DNA of 64,000 nucleotides from NCBI GenBank assembly GCA_951406725.2, contig OX597816.1, positions 174,592,001 through 174,656,000 on the forward strand. The letters are read 5' to 3'. This stretch comes from Octopus vulgaris (Eukaryota). Under the pieces are notes generated by a model. It was not told where the DNA came from. It was given only the letters and a program-made list of their open reading frames with translations, and ran no database searches. The translations under genes were made by a program, and so were the position numbers. Below, piece after piece: positions 1-13,040 of this stretch. The stretch's first letter is position 1. Every line of letters starts with the position of its first letter.

Positions 1-1309
1 TGTTAATATAGTATAAATGCGTTAACTATTATCAGGTTCACTATATACCAATTGATTTGTCTCTTGTTTCTGTATGCAAATTTCCTTTCTGCTGTTGGAT
101 TATTTTTTTTTGACATCCCTTTCCTACTTGTAACACATGTTGCCACAGCTTCTAAATTTACTGCAGGTTTGACCAAAATGCAAAAAAAAAAATGTAGCCC
201 TGGTTATGGTATGGGAGTTTTTAATTCCAGACCATATTGTACCTTAACCTGTGCTGGCTTACATTGCCTTTCTTCCTTGTATAAAACCGAATCCACCTTG
301 ATCACCTATTTTGGTTGGTTTTCCAGGCATGTACTGTCAGATGTATTCTGCTTTTGTATCGCCCCATACCCTCATCGATAGACAGGTATCTCCCTGGGTT
401 ATAGAATGTTTTATAAGTGTTTTGAATGCAGTTGATGAGGAGCCTTATTTTAGATGAGATGAAATTTTGGTTCTCTACATACTGGTGCACAGCTATTTAA
501 ATACTGCAATTTTTTTAATCTTGTCCTTGCCATGATACCAAAAGGGTTTGGTCACTTCTCCAGTAGTTGGTTATTCAGGTTAGCTTCCTTATTCCCATTA
601 TCATAGCAAAAAAAAAGCTCAGATTTCATTTAAGCATGTAGGAGGCCACAAATGGTTTCTTTTGTTGCATTATTTACATTCTGCATATTGATTAGTTTCC
701 ACAGTAATTGCATGAAACCAACTAGGAGGAAAAAAATTTTTTAAATAGTTTAATGGTTTTGCCTCTTGGGAAAGACTGTGATTAGGTCCAGTCTCTTCAG
801 AAAAATTTGTAAGAGAAAGTTTTTAGACATTTGTTGCACTTACTTACAAATTCATTTCCTTTGTTGCTGTGTGAATTTTTGTCTGAATCACGTTCACTTT
901 CAGAAATGGAAATATCTGATTCCTTTTCACAAGCCATGTGGTTTTTGTGTTTGCTGAATATTTTGTTTGACTTTTCCATTTCTTCGGTTGAAAACTTTCA
1001 AATTCCAGTTCACTTCTTGACAACATAAATCTGTTACCCATTTGTCAGTATTTTAATATTTTCAAAGCAACACCAAAAAAATGTGAGGAAAAAAATCTCC
1101 AAAAATTCAGCGGTCAGATATCACACCAAATAATGTTGGATACTGTAACTCAATTGTGTATGTAGTGAAATCAGGTTTGCATGAATGTACTAACAGAATT
1201 TGCACTGAAATCCTCATTTAAATATGAATAGATTATTATGGCTGGATTTGGGTGGCTTGGTATCATTTGCCATTTTAATTCTCGGGTGGGTTGATATCGA
1301 AAGGGTTAA
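1..1309 (-). mobile_element. Decayed piggyBac (PGBD-like) transposon in a vasa intron; runs off the window start
   Basis: Frameshifted minus-strand peptides FFPPSWFHAITVETNQYA, IMGIRKL..NYW and KIRLLINCIQNTYKTFYNPGRYLSIDEGMGRYKSR match the piggyBac transposase (SIDE motif). Terminus GAAAGGG-TTAA at 1299-1309. Confidence 0.85.
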
Positions 1310-2086
1310 ATTTAATATGCACTACTACATTACACCATTAAGTTTAAAACTTACTCATTATCTTAAGCAATAATTATTGTTTGTATATTAAGGCTCAAAG
1401 CTATTTAAGAATCTTTCAAGAGAAATGTAATTTGTCTTTAAACTTGATACTCATGATGAATGTAAGGCCACTTCTGCTAACGATTTTGAAAATGTGCTTG
1501 TGAAGCTGTTAATCTTTAATAATGTACATATCATCATTATATATCTGTTTTCTATAATGGTATGGGTTAGATAGTTTGACCTGAGCTCATAAGCCTGAGA
1601 ACTGTACTAAGCTTGTGTTTTGGCGTGACTTCTCTAAGTGGATGCCCTTCCTAACACCAGCTACTTGACACAGTATACTGGGAGCATTTTGCATGTCACC
1701 AGCACGGGTGCTCCTTACACATCACTGACATGCTTTTCCTTTACATGTCACTAGCACTGAACACAATTTCACTTTGCTTGATGTCTTAAGGAATCTGTTA
1801 GTGCTGGTAGCATTATGAAATGCACCCACTGGAAGATCTACACAAAACCAAAGCCCTCTCCCCCCATTTACTTTTTTTTAATGCTGTGCATGTCCAATCC
1901 ATGTCTGTATGGAAAAATCGATATAAAATGTTTCATTGTATTCCATAAAAGAACTTCTGTAGATTTCTTTTTCTTAAAATTGTGTTCATTTTCTATCTTT
2001 TTGTGTGTCTCCCTGCATGAAACAATGATGAGTACTGCTCTTTGTATATATTCCGTTTTTAAAATCTGAACTTTGTTGTTATATAG

Positions 2087-2396
2087 GTGAATATATCTCA
2101 AGTGAAACATTTCATACTGGATGAAGCAGATCGAATGTTAGATATGGGATTTGAGCCAGATATAAGGAGGTTGGTGGATGATCATGGAATGCCAGCAAAA
2201 ACCCAAAGACAGACATTGATGTTCAGTGCTACATTTCCAGACAAAATTCAAGAATTAGCTGCTGATTTTCTTAATGATTATTTGTTTCTCACCATTGGCT
2301 TGGTGGGTGGTGCATGTTCTGATGTGGAACAGATTCTCTTAAAAGTATCAAGGCAGGAAAAAAGAGAGAAATTGTGCAGTTTTTTAGATGAATTTG
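2087..2396 (+). CDS. vasa: vasa/DDX4 internal exon (motifs II DEAD and III SAT)
   Basis: AG at 2085-2086, GTAAG at 2397. Encodes VNISQVKHFILDEADRMLDMGFEPDIRRLV...RQTLMFSATFP...DYLFLTIGLVGGACSDVEQ. Ends phase 1. Confidence 0.95.
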
Positions 2397-3240
2397 GTAA
2401 GAATTTTAACTTTCTCATGGTTACTGAAACAACAGTTTTCCATTTTTTTTTTCCATTTGATGTTCTGTACCTGTCTTAATGTTATATTTATTCATTACAC
2501 CATATAAGCATTTTTTGTTAGTGCAAAATGTAGTTAGTATTGCTCATACTGTCAATTGTTTGGAAGAAATTGTGATGTGTAAGAATTACCACTCAAATGA
2601 GTTTATATTGGGTTGTTAGGAAATTCCTAATGTAAAGTATTTGTTTTGCAAGACCTGATCTTTGAACCTTTGGTTTAGTGAGTTCTGGAGCAATGGACAA
2701 TAATAAAACCTGCATTGTCTGTTTAACATCTCTCTTTCTTCACTAAATTTTGCCAAATGCTATTAATATCAACATCATAATGCAGTCGGTGATAAGTTCC
2801 CGGTTTGCAATCTGTAATATTTTCTTCAGTAGGACAGATTGAGTTGTCATGGTTTGCAGCAAATGGTATATTGCCATTACAGACAAATGGATTGGAAGTG
2901 CAGCCAAGGTTAACCTGGAGATGTGATCTAAAACCCCCATGCAATGAAGTTATCATTTAACAGGTCTTTTATGTTGGTACGAGTTGGATGGTTCAGAAGA
3001 TTGCATCAATCCCTGCTTTCTGTTTTGGCTTGGTTCTTATGGCTGGATGCCTTTCCTGACACCAACCACTTTACTACTGTACTGGGTATTTGGTGTGAAA
3101 ACAAGATGCTAAGTTGAAACGGTTTGCTTGACTAATGACTGAGATGCTGCAAACATTTTAATGAGTGGGTTGTTAACATGAAACCATAAAGTACTTTTGT
3201 GAGAACTGGTATTGAAAGATTAAAAAATTTCTTTTTTAAG

Positions 3241-3340
3241 GTTCAGATAAAACCCTAGTCTTTGTGGAACAAAAGAGGAATGCAGACTTTTTGGCATCCT
3301 ACCTCTCACAAAATGATTACAAAACAACAAGTATTCATGG
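3241..3340 (+). CDS. vasa: vasa/DDX4 exon (motif IV)
   Basis: tttttaAG acceptor, GTAAGT donor. Encodes GSDKTLVFVEQKRNADFLASYLSQNDYKTTSIHG. Phases match both neighbours. Confidence 0.95.
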
Positions 3341-4393
3341 GTAAGTATTGTTATGTATTCTGAAGTGCTCTTAAGCTTCCCTAATTTAATAATCTAGTTG
3401 TTCTTAATATTTTCAATTAGAGGCCATTTTGAATTCATATGTTGTCACTGAAATTGATCTGCCTTTTTATTTTACCCATTCCTCATACCATATACCTTAT
3501 CCAATCATAAAACATTTTTCACCCTGTTTTATCTTCAACTGTAGCGAGGAAGTCAAAATTGTTATCTAACAAAATTGATTTTGTTAGATTCTAAAAATAG
3601 CTGTGAATTTAAATGGATTTCAGAAAATAACTATAAATTTATATGAATGTAATATTGGGAACGTAACATAGTAAGAGATTCATGAAACTATTCCAGAATT
3701 TTTGTCTCAAAACAAGAATAAATGTAAAGTTATTTCAGTTTTGCTTAAATGTTACCATAAAAAATGAGTTATCAGCTAATTTTAATATAGAAGAATTCTA
3801 TATTTTTCACCCTGTTTTATCTTCAACTGTAGCGAGGAAGTCAAAATTGTTATCAGTGATTATCAAGAAAAATGTATTTTCCCTAACCATTGTCATAACC
3901 ATCATTTTACAGCCATTTTTCCATGCTTGTGTAGGTCAGACCAGTATCACACATTGCCAAATGTTGCAGCACGTTGCATGTCGGTATGAGTTTACATCTC
4001 ATTCCTCTTATATATTGTTGCCCTCATTCCATGTGTTCTGTCATTCATGTGCACTAAACATACATATTCATGCATGCTGCACTTTTAGCAATAGATTATA
4101 TATCAGACAGAAAATAGCTACATAGTCATAATTCTTGTTAGTTTGCCTTATAAAAAGAAGAGGACATGTGAGAAGATCTAAATTGAGAATGAATTCCCTG
4201 AATTTTGTTTTGTGCAGTTTAAAGCAAGAAAAATAGAAAGTGGAAGATTATCATGAATTTTCTATTTTACTGCCAGTTTGGTAGACTGGTTGCACTTAAT
4301 GCACTGCATACATAAATTCCAAAAGGAACTTGTTAAAAGCTAAATTTATAAAAATGTTTAAGGAAAATTAAAACCTGAATTTACTGTTCTTAA

Positions 4394-4705
<312 letters not shown>

Positions 4706-4733
4706 TGATTCTTGATCTGAAAACTATTTTATT

Positions 4734-4927
4734 TTAACCCTTTAACCCTTCAGATTACTCTGCCAAATGTAATACTTGTTCCCATTGTTTTTGAAGATTT
4801 CAATGAGGTGATTGTTTTATTCTTAGAATGACATGGGGCAGTGAGAAAGTCTGGATCTAATCAATTTGAATAGAATTGATTAGAATACTCTGGTTGGATG
4901 TGGCTGGTTTAAGTGCTAAACAATTAA
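4734..4927. mobile_element. TTAA-bounded MITE family 2 (related copies 5849-6046, 33206-33399, 54253-54458, 54459-54686)
   Basis: ~200 bp shared body (cagattactctg..caaatg...ggccagatatggctggtttaa) with degenerate TTAACCCTTTAG...CTAAAGGGTTAA ends. Confidence 0.65.
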
Positions 4928-7009
4928 AACTGATATTGAACATCTTTATTGCTTTTGCTATATTGAAGTAATGTTTCATAAACAGTTTAACTGAATGATG
5001 TGTTTAAAAAAGTTATTTAAATTTAGCTCTTATCATTTAACATCTGTCTTCCATGCAGGCATGGGTTGAATGGTTTGACAGCTGAGAACTGCCCAGGTTC
5101 CCTTCTCTGCTTTGGCATGGTTTCTATGATTAGATGATCTTCCTAACAGGGTCACCAAGTAGCTTGCAAAACACTCCTCAACTGGGAGAGAGTGAGACAG
5201 AAGGGGGTGTTTTTGTGCCAGTTGAGAGGTTAAAGGAAGTAGGATAGAGATAAGTGTCTTACTATAAAGGAGACACTTGGTTACGCCAAGGGAAATGGAT
5301 GATGAGAAAGAAATAGATGTTGGAGAGGCATCAAGCACATAACCCACGGAGTGGAGTGGAGTATGAATGGTACAGAGGGGGTAGAGGTGGATATTTTGTT
5401 GAAGTGTAAGGAGAGATCTTTAGAGATGGGGACTGTAGCAAGTAATGGCCAGAGAAATTGGAGTGGATTGGTGACTATGGTAAATAAAATTACTTACCCA
5501 GCTGAAAAATTTCTTGGTTCATAAGACCAGCCAAGAGTACCTATTGTTATTTAAATGTAAATTTGAACCAAAATCTTGTTAGTACATTAAACCATTACAT
5601 TTAGTGAATTTTGGGTCTACCATTTGTTTCCACAATGTTATACTTTGGTAATGTTCTTCTTTGAACTTTTCATTAGTTTATTTGCAACTAAAATATACCT
5701 ACCTTTTGAGTTTGTTAGATTCTAAAAGTAGCTGTGAATTTAAATGAATTTCAGAAAATAACTATAAATTTATATGAATGTAATATAGGGAACGTAACAT
5801 AGAGATTCTTGAAACTATTCCAGAATTTGATTTGCAGCTTCAAAATGTTTAACCGTTCAGCATTTAAACTGGCTACATCCAGCCCAAATATTTTACCTGT
5901 CAGATCCTGTCTGTTACACTTACTCTGTGTCATTTTAAAAATAATCGCATCACAATTTTGAAGCCATATGATAATGCATGTTTAATTCAAAACGATGTGA
6001 ATAAATTAGCACTAAATTTCACAGTAATCTGAATACTAAAGGATTAGTATCTTTTCATTTTTTAACATGCATTTTTTTCTGCAATTTGCTGAGGCATATT
6101 TTCTCCCTTTTGATGCCTTTCCGGTTTCCAAGCAAGGTAATATTTCCCCATGTTTTCTCAAAAGAGAGGTACTTGCTTCATCATAACACTTGTTTATAAC
6201 TATATCATGATGTCGAGATAAGGAAACGCATACACACATATGTGTGATTGATTCTTTTCTTACTGTAGGATTAAACTGAAGACCATGTTGTTAAAGAACC
6301 TACAGAGCTATGCCTACCGTCTTTGTTTTAGTGAAATAGAATGCAATAAATTTTGTCATCTTGGAAGTGTTGTTATGCCAATAATAAACACATGCACTGG
6401 TTCAATTTCATTTCTTTGTCAGTTGGTTAGCTAATTAACCAACCAACTAATCAATTGTGTAATTAATTTATTCATGTGGTTAATCAATCATTTGTGTTTG
6501 TCAGTCTTTTCATCACCATATCTTCAGTGACATGCTCTTTCCCTTCAGATTTGACTCTTATTATTGGTATAATAACCTTCGCAACATAGACAATTCAATG
6601 AGAAATTGTTATAATATTGGTTATTTTAATTGAATGCTCTTTGTCCTTGTCTTATGACTGGTATGAATTTTACATTTAGAACTGGAGAAAATCTCAGCTG
6701 GGTTGGTATCAAAAAGAATTAATGGCTTTTGGTGATGGTTTTGAGCAACATCAGCGATATTAGAATTTGTTGAACCAATTTGTTTTTGTATTAAAGTTTT
6801 CATCTTAGCTATATAATTCAAAAGTGGGATTCAATTTGCAAGAATTTGAAGGTTGATTTGTGTAGCTATAATTAACTGGATTTTTGTGGGAAGTTATCTG
6901 GAAACATTTATGATTATTTTTATGTTAACATTTATTTTTGTGGTAGACAAATGTCTAAGCTGTATTTCACTCATAGTAGCTATTGTATTTACCTATTTAC
7001 ATTTTGCAG

Positions 7010-7120
7010 GCTCAACAAAATGTCCCTGTTTGGTTAGAGGAAGAAGCAAAAATGGTAGGCCTTTCAAATGGCACATACAATAGTGGACGTTTTGGTGGCC
7101 GGGATCGGAGGAGAATTAGG
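7010..7120 (+). CDS. vasa: vasa/DDX4 penultimate exon
   Basis: ttttgcAG acceptor, GTAAGA donor, 111 nt. Encodes AQQNVPVWLEEEAKMVGLSNGTYNSGRFGGRDRRRIR (AQQxVPxWL and FGGRD, typical of Vasa). Confidence 0.92.
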
Positions 7121-7324
7121 GTAAGAATATATCTTCTGACATTTTCCTTGGAATTAAAGAAGGAGCTCCAACATAATAAACTCTGTTCCAAACCTAATTG
7201 GTTTTTTTCTAGGTTTTCTTGTAGGGGGTCTGCATTGATGTTCTCATTAATTTGATAACATAAAAGAATTTAAGAGTAAATTAATTGTATAGTCTTGTGA
7301 CACTGAATAATTGTGTATTTTCAG

Positions 7325-7426
7325 AGCTGTGCACCAGAAATGGTTAATGATGGTTGTGGTTGGCAACCTATAAGCAGTGGAGCACCCCCAAGACAAGTGA
7401 TTGAAGAGGAAGAGTTGTGGGAATAA
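7325..7426 (+). CDS. vasa: vasa/DDX4 terminal coding exon
   Basis: ttttcAG acceptor. Encodes SCAPEMVNDGCGWQPISSGAPPRQVIEEEELWE* with TAA at 7424-7426. An acidic tail with a penultimate Trp is the Vasa signature. Confidence 0.92.
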   Translation, partial: SCAPEMVNDGCGWQPISSGAPPRQVIEEEELWE

Positions 7427-7618
7427 TTACTTTCCAACTGTGATAGTCATTCCATACCAAAAGTTTTCTATTTTTTCATTCAAAGACTATTTTCACTTGA
7501 TACTGTTGGGTGTTGATCCTTTTTTTTTCTTTTTTTTTTTTTTAAATTTTCAATTGTGGAGAAAACAAAGATCTTGTTAAATAGTTTAATGTTTTTTTAT
7601 AATTGCTTATTTGCTTTA

Positions 7619-7624
7619 AATAAA
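7619..7624 (+). promoter_or_regulatory. Probable vasa polyadenylation signal (3' UTR ~200 nt)
   Basis: AATAAA ~190 nt after the stop, followed by T/GT-rich sequence. Confidence 0.55.
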
Positions 7625-7858
7625 TTTGATTTTTGAGTTAAAACTGATATGTCTTCTAAAAATACCAAGTCCTACCTGAATTTGACTTATTTTAACTTTT
7701 GACCAAAATGAGTGATAATGTTCACCTTAAGCTAAGCAATCTGGACTGTTCCTCTCTTCATTTGTCTGCATTCATCCCTGAAATTAGCATAGCACTTGGA
7801 GAAAACTGGATTTTTATGTGGCAATTTCTAAGTAGGAATTTTGTAGTTATTACCAATA

Positions 7859-8253
7859 GGCGCAGGAGTGGCTGTGTGGTAAGTAGCTTGTTTACCAACC
7901 ACATGGTTCCGGGTTCAGTCCCACTGCGTGGCACCTTGGGCAAGTGTCTTCTACTATAGCCTCGGGCCGACCAAAGCCTTGTGAGTGGATTTGGTAGACG
8001 GAAACTGAAAGAAGCCTGTCGTATATATATATATATGCGTGTGTGTGTCTGTGTTTGTCTCCCTAGCATTGCTTGACAACCGATGCTGGTGTGTTTATGT
8101 CCCCGTTACTTAGCGGTTTGGCAAAAGAGCCCGATAGAATAAGTACTGGGCTTACAAAAGAATAAGTCCCGGTGTTGAGCTGCTCGATTAAAGGCGGTGC
8201 TCCAGCATGGCCGCAGTCAAATGACTGAAACAAGTAAACGAGTAACGAGTAAA
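7859..8253 (+). mobile_element. tRNA-derived SINE family A (internal TA/TG microsatellite, (GAGTAA)n-like tail)
   Basis: Head GGCGCAGGAGTGGCTGTGTGGTAAG...GGTTCAGTCCC carries A/B-box-like motifs. Near-identical copies occur elsewhere in the window. Confidence 0.85.
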
Positions 8254-8566
8254 GGTATGGTCATGAATGTTACCATTATCTTTTATCTGGGGAATATATG
8301 ATCACTGATTTTACAGCTCTTCTACAATAAGAGATCTCGCAGCAGCAAGAGAAGCATCTGCCTTGTCACACAAAGTACCAAAATATCACATTGTAATCTA
8401 GAAAGCTAAAAATGCCTTTTACAACGAAAGCAATCAAGACAAGCCACGCTAAACTGCATATTGTACAGTCCAGTCCTCCAAAGGTGAGACAATGTATTGC
8501 ACCAATTAGTTTTTGACCAGCTACTTATGTGCTACAGTTGTAGACTTTATCAGGTCTGCCTGGAAT

Positions 8567-8784
8567 TTAACCCTTTTGTTACCAAACCGGCTCTGGCTCT
8601 TTAGTACAAATGTCTGGTTTTCAAAAGTTCTGAATTAAAATCTTCCACCAAACCCAAGTCATAATTTACATCCCTAACTCTAGCTTAATGATAACGATGT
8701 TATTTTACTTAATTCTTTGTTACATTTAAAATAATTGGAAGAAACACTGAGATCTCAAAATAAATTCAGGAACGAAAGGGTTAA
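8567..8784. mobile_element. piggyBac-type MITE family 1 (opposite orientation to the other copies)
   Basis: TTAA-CCCTTTTGTTAC...AACGAAAGGG-TTAA. Body is the reverse complement of 10860-11084. Confidence 0.85.
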
Positions 8785-9206
8785 ACAACTTGTAGGAATC
8801 AGCATCTTCTAAGTAGATTACTGATCATGAATTCGATTGTGGCTTAAACTCTTAGCATGTTTTTTTTTTTTTAATTAAATATGCTAATGATGGTAGTCAT
8901 TATATAGAACCATGTTTACAGAAGTTACAGATCTTAAAACCTGTTCAAACATCCAGAAAGTTCCAGAATGTACTAAACATAATCTTGTATGGAGTGAAAT
9001 GTTGAAGCTACAAAGTTGCTTGCCTTTTTTGTTGACTTTGAAAGTTTGCAACAAAGTCAATTTGGTAAAGGCACAGTTTGGCTGAATCTCCTTCCTCACC
9101 CAAGGACCATTGCTCAGGTTCTCCCTATTGAATTTCACTCAAAAAAGTTTTATTTTGAGGGTGTCATAACACTTGCATAGTAGGACAGAATATAATTGAA
9201 ACAATA

Positions 9207-9433
9207 TACTCTTTTACTTGATTCAGTCATTTGACTGTGGCCATGCTGGAGCACCGCCTTTTCGTCAAGCAAATCAATCCCAGGACTTATTCTTTGGAAG
9301 CCTAGTACTTATTCTCTTGGTCTCTTTTGCCAAACCGCTATGCTACAGGGACGTAAACACACCAGTGTTGGTTGTCAAGTGATGTTGGGACAAACACCAA
9401 CACACACACACATATACATACACATATACATAC

Positions 9434-9478
<45 letters not shown>

Positions 9479-9499
9479 TATATACACACATATATATAC

Positions 9500-9552
<53 letters not shown>

Positions 9553-10385
9553 TATACACATATATATATATATATACACATACACACACACACACATTGA
9601 GCTTCTTTCAGTTTCTGTCTACTAAATCCACTCACAGGACGTTGGTCGGCCTGAGGCTAAAGTAGAAGACACTTGCCAAAGGTACCATGCAGTGGGACTG
9701 ACACCGGAACCAATGTGGTTCATAAGCAAGCTACTTTATTTCAAAAATTTTGCCATAACGGCATGATATAGAGTAGCTTGCAGGCTAGAGAAAGACATTG
9801 ATGAAAAGGATATTAATGGGAGAAGGCAAAAAACACTTGCCTTTTTTTCTTTTTTGCTTCTCTAAAACATTCTCTTTTTTCACAGAAAAAGACAAAACGA
9901 GGTAATGAATCTCTTCAGTTTTACAATTTTTGGACTAATAGTCCATTTAAGAATTGGGACATTAAGCCTCTTAAACGCAATAACATGCAATAGACATTAT
10001 AACACTGAGGCTTTTCAACTTCTTGTCACTATATTCCTCCCCAACATCGCTTGTGCCCGTATACTCTGCCATCTCCCACGCCTCATTCAAGACCAAGGTG
10101 GGATCCGGGCCGGCATCGCCCGGCCACGAGCAATATTCCTCATTGAGTCCCTGCAGCCTATACCTCACAGGCAACGTTACGACCTCCACAGCTATCTGCA
10201 GAGGGCATTCGGGATCCTGTATGAAGGTTAAAGGTACTCCCTTATGGTGTTTTCCCACCACCTCTCCGCCTCTTTAGACGACCAATAGTTCATCTTCCTC
10301 CAGGTTCGAGGTAGTCAATTCTACCATTGGTGGCACAACCCCTACTGGTAAGCAAGCTACTTACCGCACAACTACTCCTATGCCT
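9207..10385 (-). mobile_element. SINE family A copy whose head is split by a 612-bp insertion (9737-10348)
   Basis: SINE body 9207-9736 with an expanded (TA)/(CA) tract. The remaining head is at 10349-10385. TAAGCAAGCTACTT is duplicated at 9723-9736 and 10349-10362. Confidence 0.8.
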
Positions 10386-10450
10386 ATGTAGTTGAGAATT
10401 TGCTTACATGACTGGACAAGTGATGGCATTTAATTTTCCTCTTCATGTCA

Positions 10451-10523
10451 TCTTTATATATAAAAGTGAGGTTTTATCTCTTCTGTCTCCTACGATTTAG
10501 ATTCCTAACTACTCCCACATTTT
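10451..10523 (+). mobile_element. Truncated 5' end of the Helitron at 31622
   Basis: A|TCTTTATATATAAAAG...CTCCTACGATTTAGATTCCTAACTACTCCCACATTTT is shared with 31622-31694. Confidence 0.7.
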
Positions 10524-10859
10524 ATATGGGTACTAGCAACAAAGATGGGAGTGTGGTGGGAGGATTTTTTTAGTCCATGTCCCCTATTTAAATATCAAAG
10601 TGTTTGTTAACCACAACCAAAATTGAACCCACACCTACCACCTATGCTTATAGAAGGGTGGTGCTGTTGTAAGTAATCACTTATATCAAACTAGTAATTA
10701 ATTTGGGATGGTATTACATAAATGTACATTAAAAATGGGCTAGGAGACATTTGAATCAGGGTGTTAGGGATTGAAAAAGTGTGAGTAAATGAAAAGGGCA
10801 ACCAGAAAATACTGTTTTTTGGAAGGAAGTGCTTGCAGTTTTATATTTCAGGTACACCA

Positions 10860-11084
10860 TTAACCCTTTCGTTATTGTATTTATTTTGAGATGCTCTGTG
10901 TTTCAGTTACTTTAAATATAACAAAGAATTTAGTAAAAATAACTTAGTTATCATTCAGCTAGTGTTAGGAACATAAATTGGGATTCAGGTTTGGTGGAAG
11001 ATTTTAATTCAAAACTTATGAAATCAAGACATTTGTACTCAGAGCCAGGGCTGGTTTCAGCCAGGTTGGTAACGAAAGGGTTAA
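10860..11084. mobile_element. piggyBac-type MITE family 1
   Basis: TTAA TSD, terminal inverted repeats (TIRs) CCCTTTCGTTA / TAACGAAAGGG. Confidence 0.9.
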
Positions 11085-11777
11085 CCCAAACTTTGACCTA
11101 TTTCATCTGTCTTGTAGAATTTAAAATCAGAACACAAATAGATTAGTGAAATTTGACATGGATTTTGCACTAAGATCTATAAAGGGACCAGGTTTCTTTT
11201 TTAAAAAAACAATTCCAACCAGCTATCTTTCAGACCAGTTTTTATGTTTTTGTTCTTACTTGGAAACGGATGTGCATTTTTATAATTAGACTAAATATAG
11301 GTGCATTTAGCATCAAAATTCAATATCTGATTTCTCTCTTCTACTTTCATATTTAGTTTGGAAATGGTAATATTTAAATAAAATAGCTAATTATTTAGTG
11401 ATATATAATTAAAGCAACAGTTGTAGTTACTCAAAATAACCCCCACCCACTGAAACTAATGTGCTCTGATTTGTTGCTAACTTTCTACAGAGCTTAAGCT
11501 GCTGATGAATGGGGATGGTGCTACTGTTGCTTGCATCCTGGACTGCTTCCAGTAAATGGTTGACTGACAGCAATTACTAACAGATAAGATGCTGTCTTCT
11601 CACTGGCTCTTCTGCAACTGCTATGGCATCGTCCTTAGTATTAGTAAGAATGTTTACCACCCGTCAAAGTCAACCATGATGCACCTTCCTCTCAAATTAA
11701 ACATCTTGTTGCTGAATATTCTCTCAGAGCTTCAGGATTTTGTCCATGGTTTTCCAACAGCCAACTGAAACTTATAC

Positions 11778-12007
11778 TTAACTCTTTCGCTACTGTATTT
11801 ATTTTGAGATGCTCTGTGTTTCTTCCAATTATTTAAAATATAACAAAGAATTAGGTAAAAATAACTTAGTTATCATTAAGCTAGTGTTGGCAACATAAAT
11901 TATGACTAAGATTTAGTGGAAGATTTGAATTCAAAACTTATGAAAACAAGACATTTATACTAAAGAGCCAGAGCCAGTTTCAGCCGGGTTGGTAATGAAA
12001 GGGTTAA
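11778..12007. mobile_element. piggyBac-type MITE family 1
   Basis: TTAA...GAAAGGG-TTAA. Body nearly identical to the copies at 10860 and 52368. Confidence 0.88.
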
Positions 12008-12112
12008 TATTAACTATGCCAGCCAGGAAGGGCCCAAAAGATTACAGGTGCCACTCTTCTTCCTTAGACTGAAGAACATTATTTCAATACTGATTACAAA
12101 GTTTTCCACAAC

Positions 12113-13040
12113 GTCATTGTTTAACATCAGTTTTCCATGCTGGCATGGGTTAGACAGTTTGACACGAGCTGGGGTCAATTGTCTGTTGTCGCATGGTTTC
12201 TATGGATGAATGCCTAACTCCAACCACTATATAGAGTAGGCTGGGTGCTTTTTATGTACCTCTGGCACAGGTGCATTCATGTTGCACTTCGGCACACTTT
12301 GTGGTACTGGCTGACTGATTTTACTCAATTACAGCAAATTGCCATAACTCCTGGTCCCTTGTCATTTCCTCAGTGAGGCCCAGTTTCTAAAGATACTTTC
12401 TCACCACTTTGTCCCACATATTCCTCTGGGGGGTCAACTCCTTCCACAGGTAGAGCTCTGCACTTCTTTATGCAGCTGTCTTCATCCATACACATCACAT
12501 GACCAATCCAGTGCAGTCTTCTCTCTTGCACAAGACATCTGATGCCTCTTACTCCCAGTTTTCCTTTTAAATCATTTACAATGTGTGTACACATTTAATA
12601 TCCAGCAGACGTTAGCACGCGGGGCGAAATGTGTAGCCGTGTTTTGTCTGTCGTTACGTTCTGAGTTCAAATTCCGCCAAGGTCGACTTTGCCTTTCATC
12701 CTTTCGGGGTCGATAAATTAAGTACCAATTACGCACTGGCATCGATGTAATCGACTTAATCCCTTTGTCTGTCCCCCCTGTGTTTAGCCCCTTGTGGGTA
12801 ATAAAGAAAATATTAATATCCAGCAGATAAAGGGTTCATTTCTTTCAAAGCCAATGTTTCACTGTGAGGTAGCTTAGCTGTACATCATACAATTTGCCTT
12901 TCACTCTGACGGAGCAGCCCTTAGTTACCAACAACAGTAGAAACTCTCAGAACTTTGCCTAGCCCATTGTTATTGTAGCAACTATGCTTCCCCCTCCATT
13001 GCTAACTTTTGTCACTTAGGTAACAAGCCATCTACTACTT
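12113..13040 (-). mobile_element. Decayed RTE-clade LINE 3' portion, interrupted by a SINE
   Basis: Peptide LKGKLGVRGIRCLVQERRLHWIGHVMCMDEDSCIKKCRAL resembles an RTE ORF2 C-terminus. The 3' UTR (ttccatgctggcatgggtt..., ggatgcccttcctaacgccaaccac) recurs at ~1550, 3000, 5030, 36000, 52980, 55950 and 62940. Confidence 0.75.
12610..12812 (+). mobile_element. tRNA-derived SINE family C (other copies 36354-36584 and 32660-32873 on -; degenerate ones near 20900, 46900, 47700-48050, 60550)
   Basis: GTTCTGAGTTCAAATTCCGCC B-box-like motif. 15-bp TSD TTAATATCCAGCAGA at 12595-12609 and 12813-12827. Confidence 0.85.

Noticed and set aside
3682-4125. 147-aa ORF in a vasa intron
   Set aside because: AT-rich with no motifs, and it overlaps a local duplication and a repeat remnant.
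9338-9665. Stacked ORFs rich in YI/HT/CV (also 63578-63989)
   Set aside because: These are translations of dinucleotide microsatellites, not genes.
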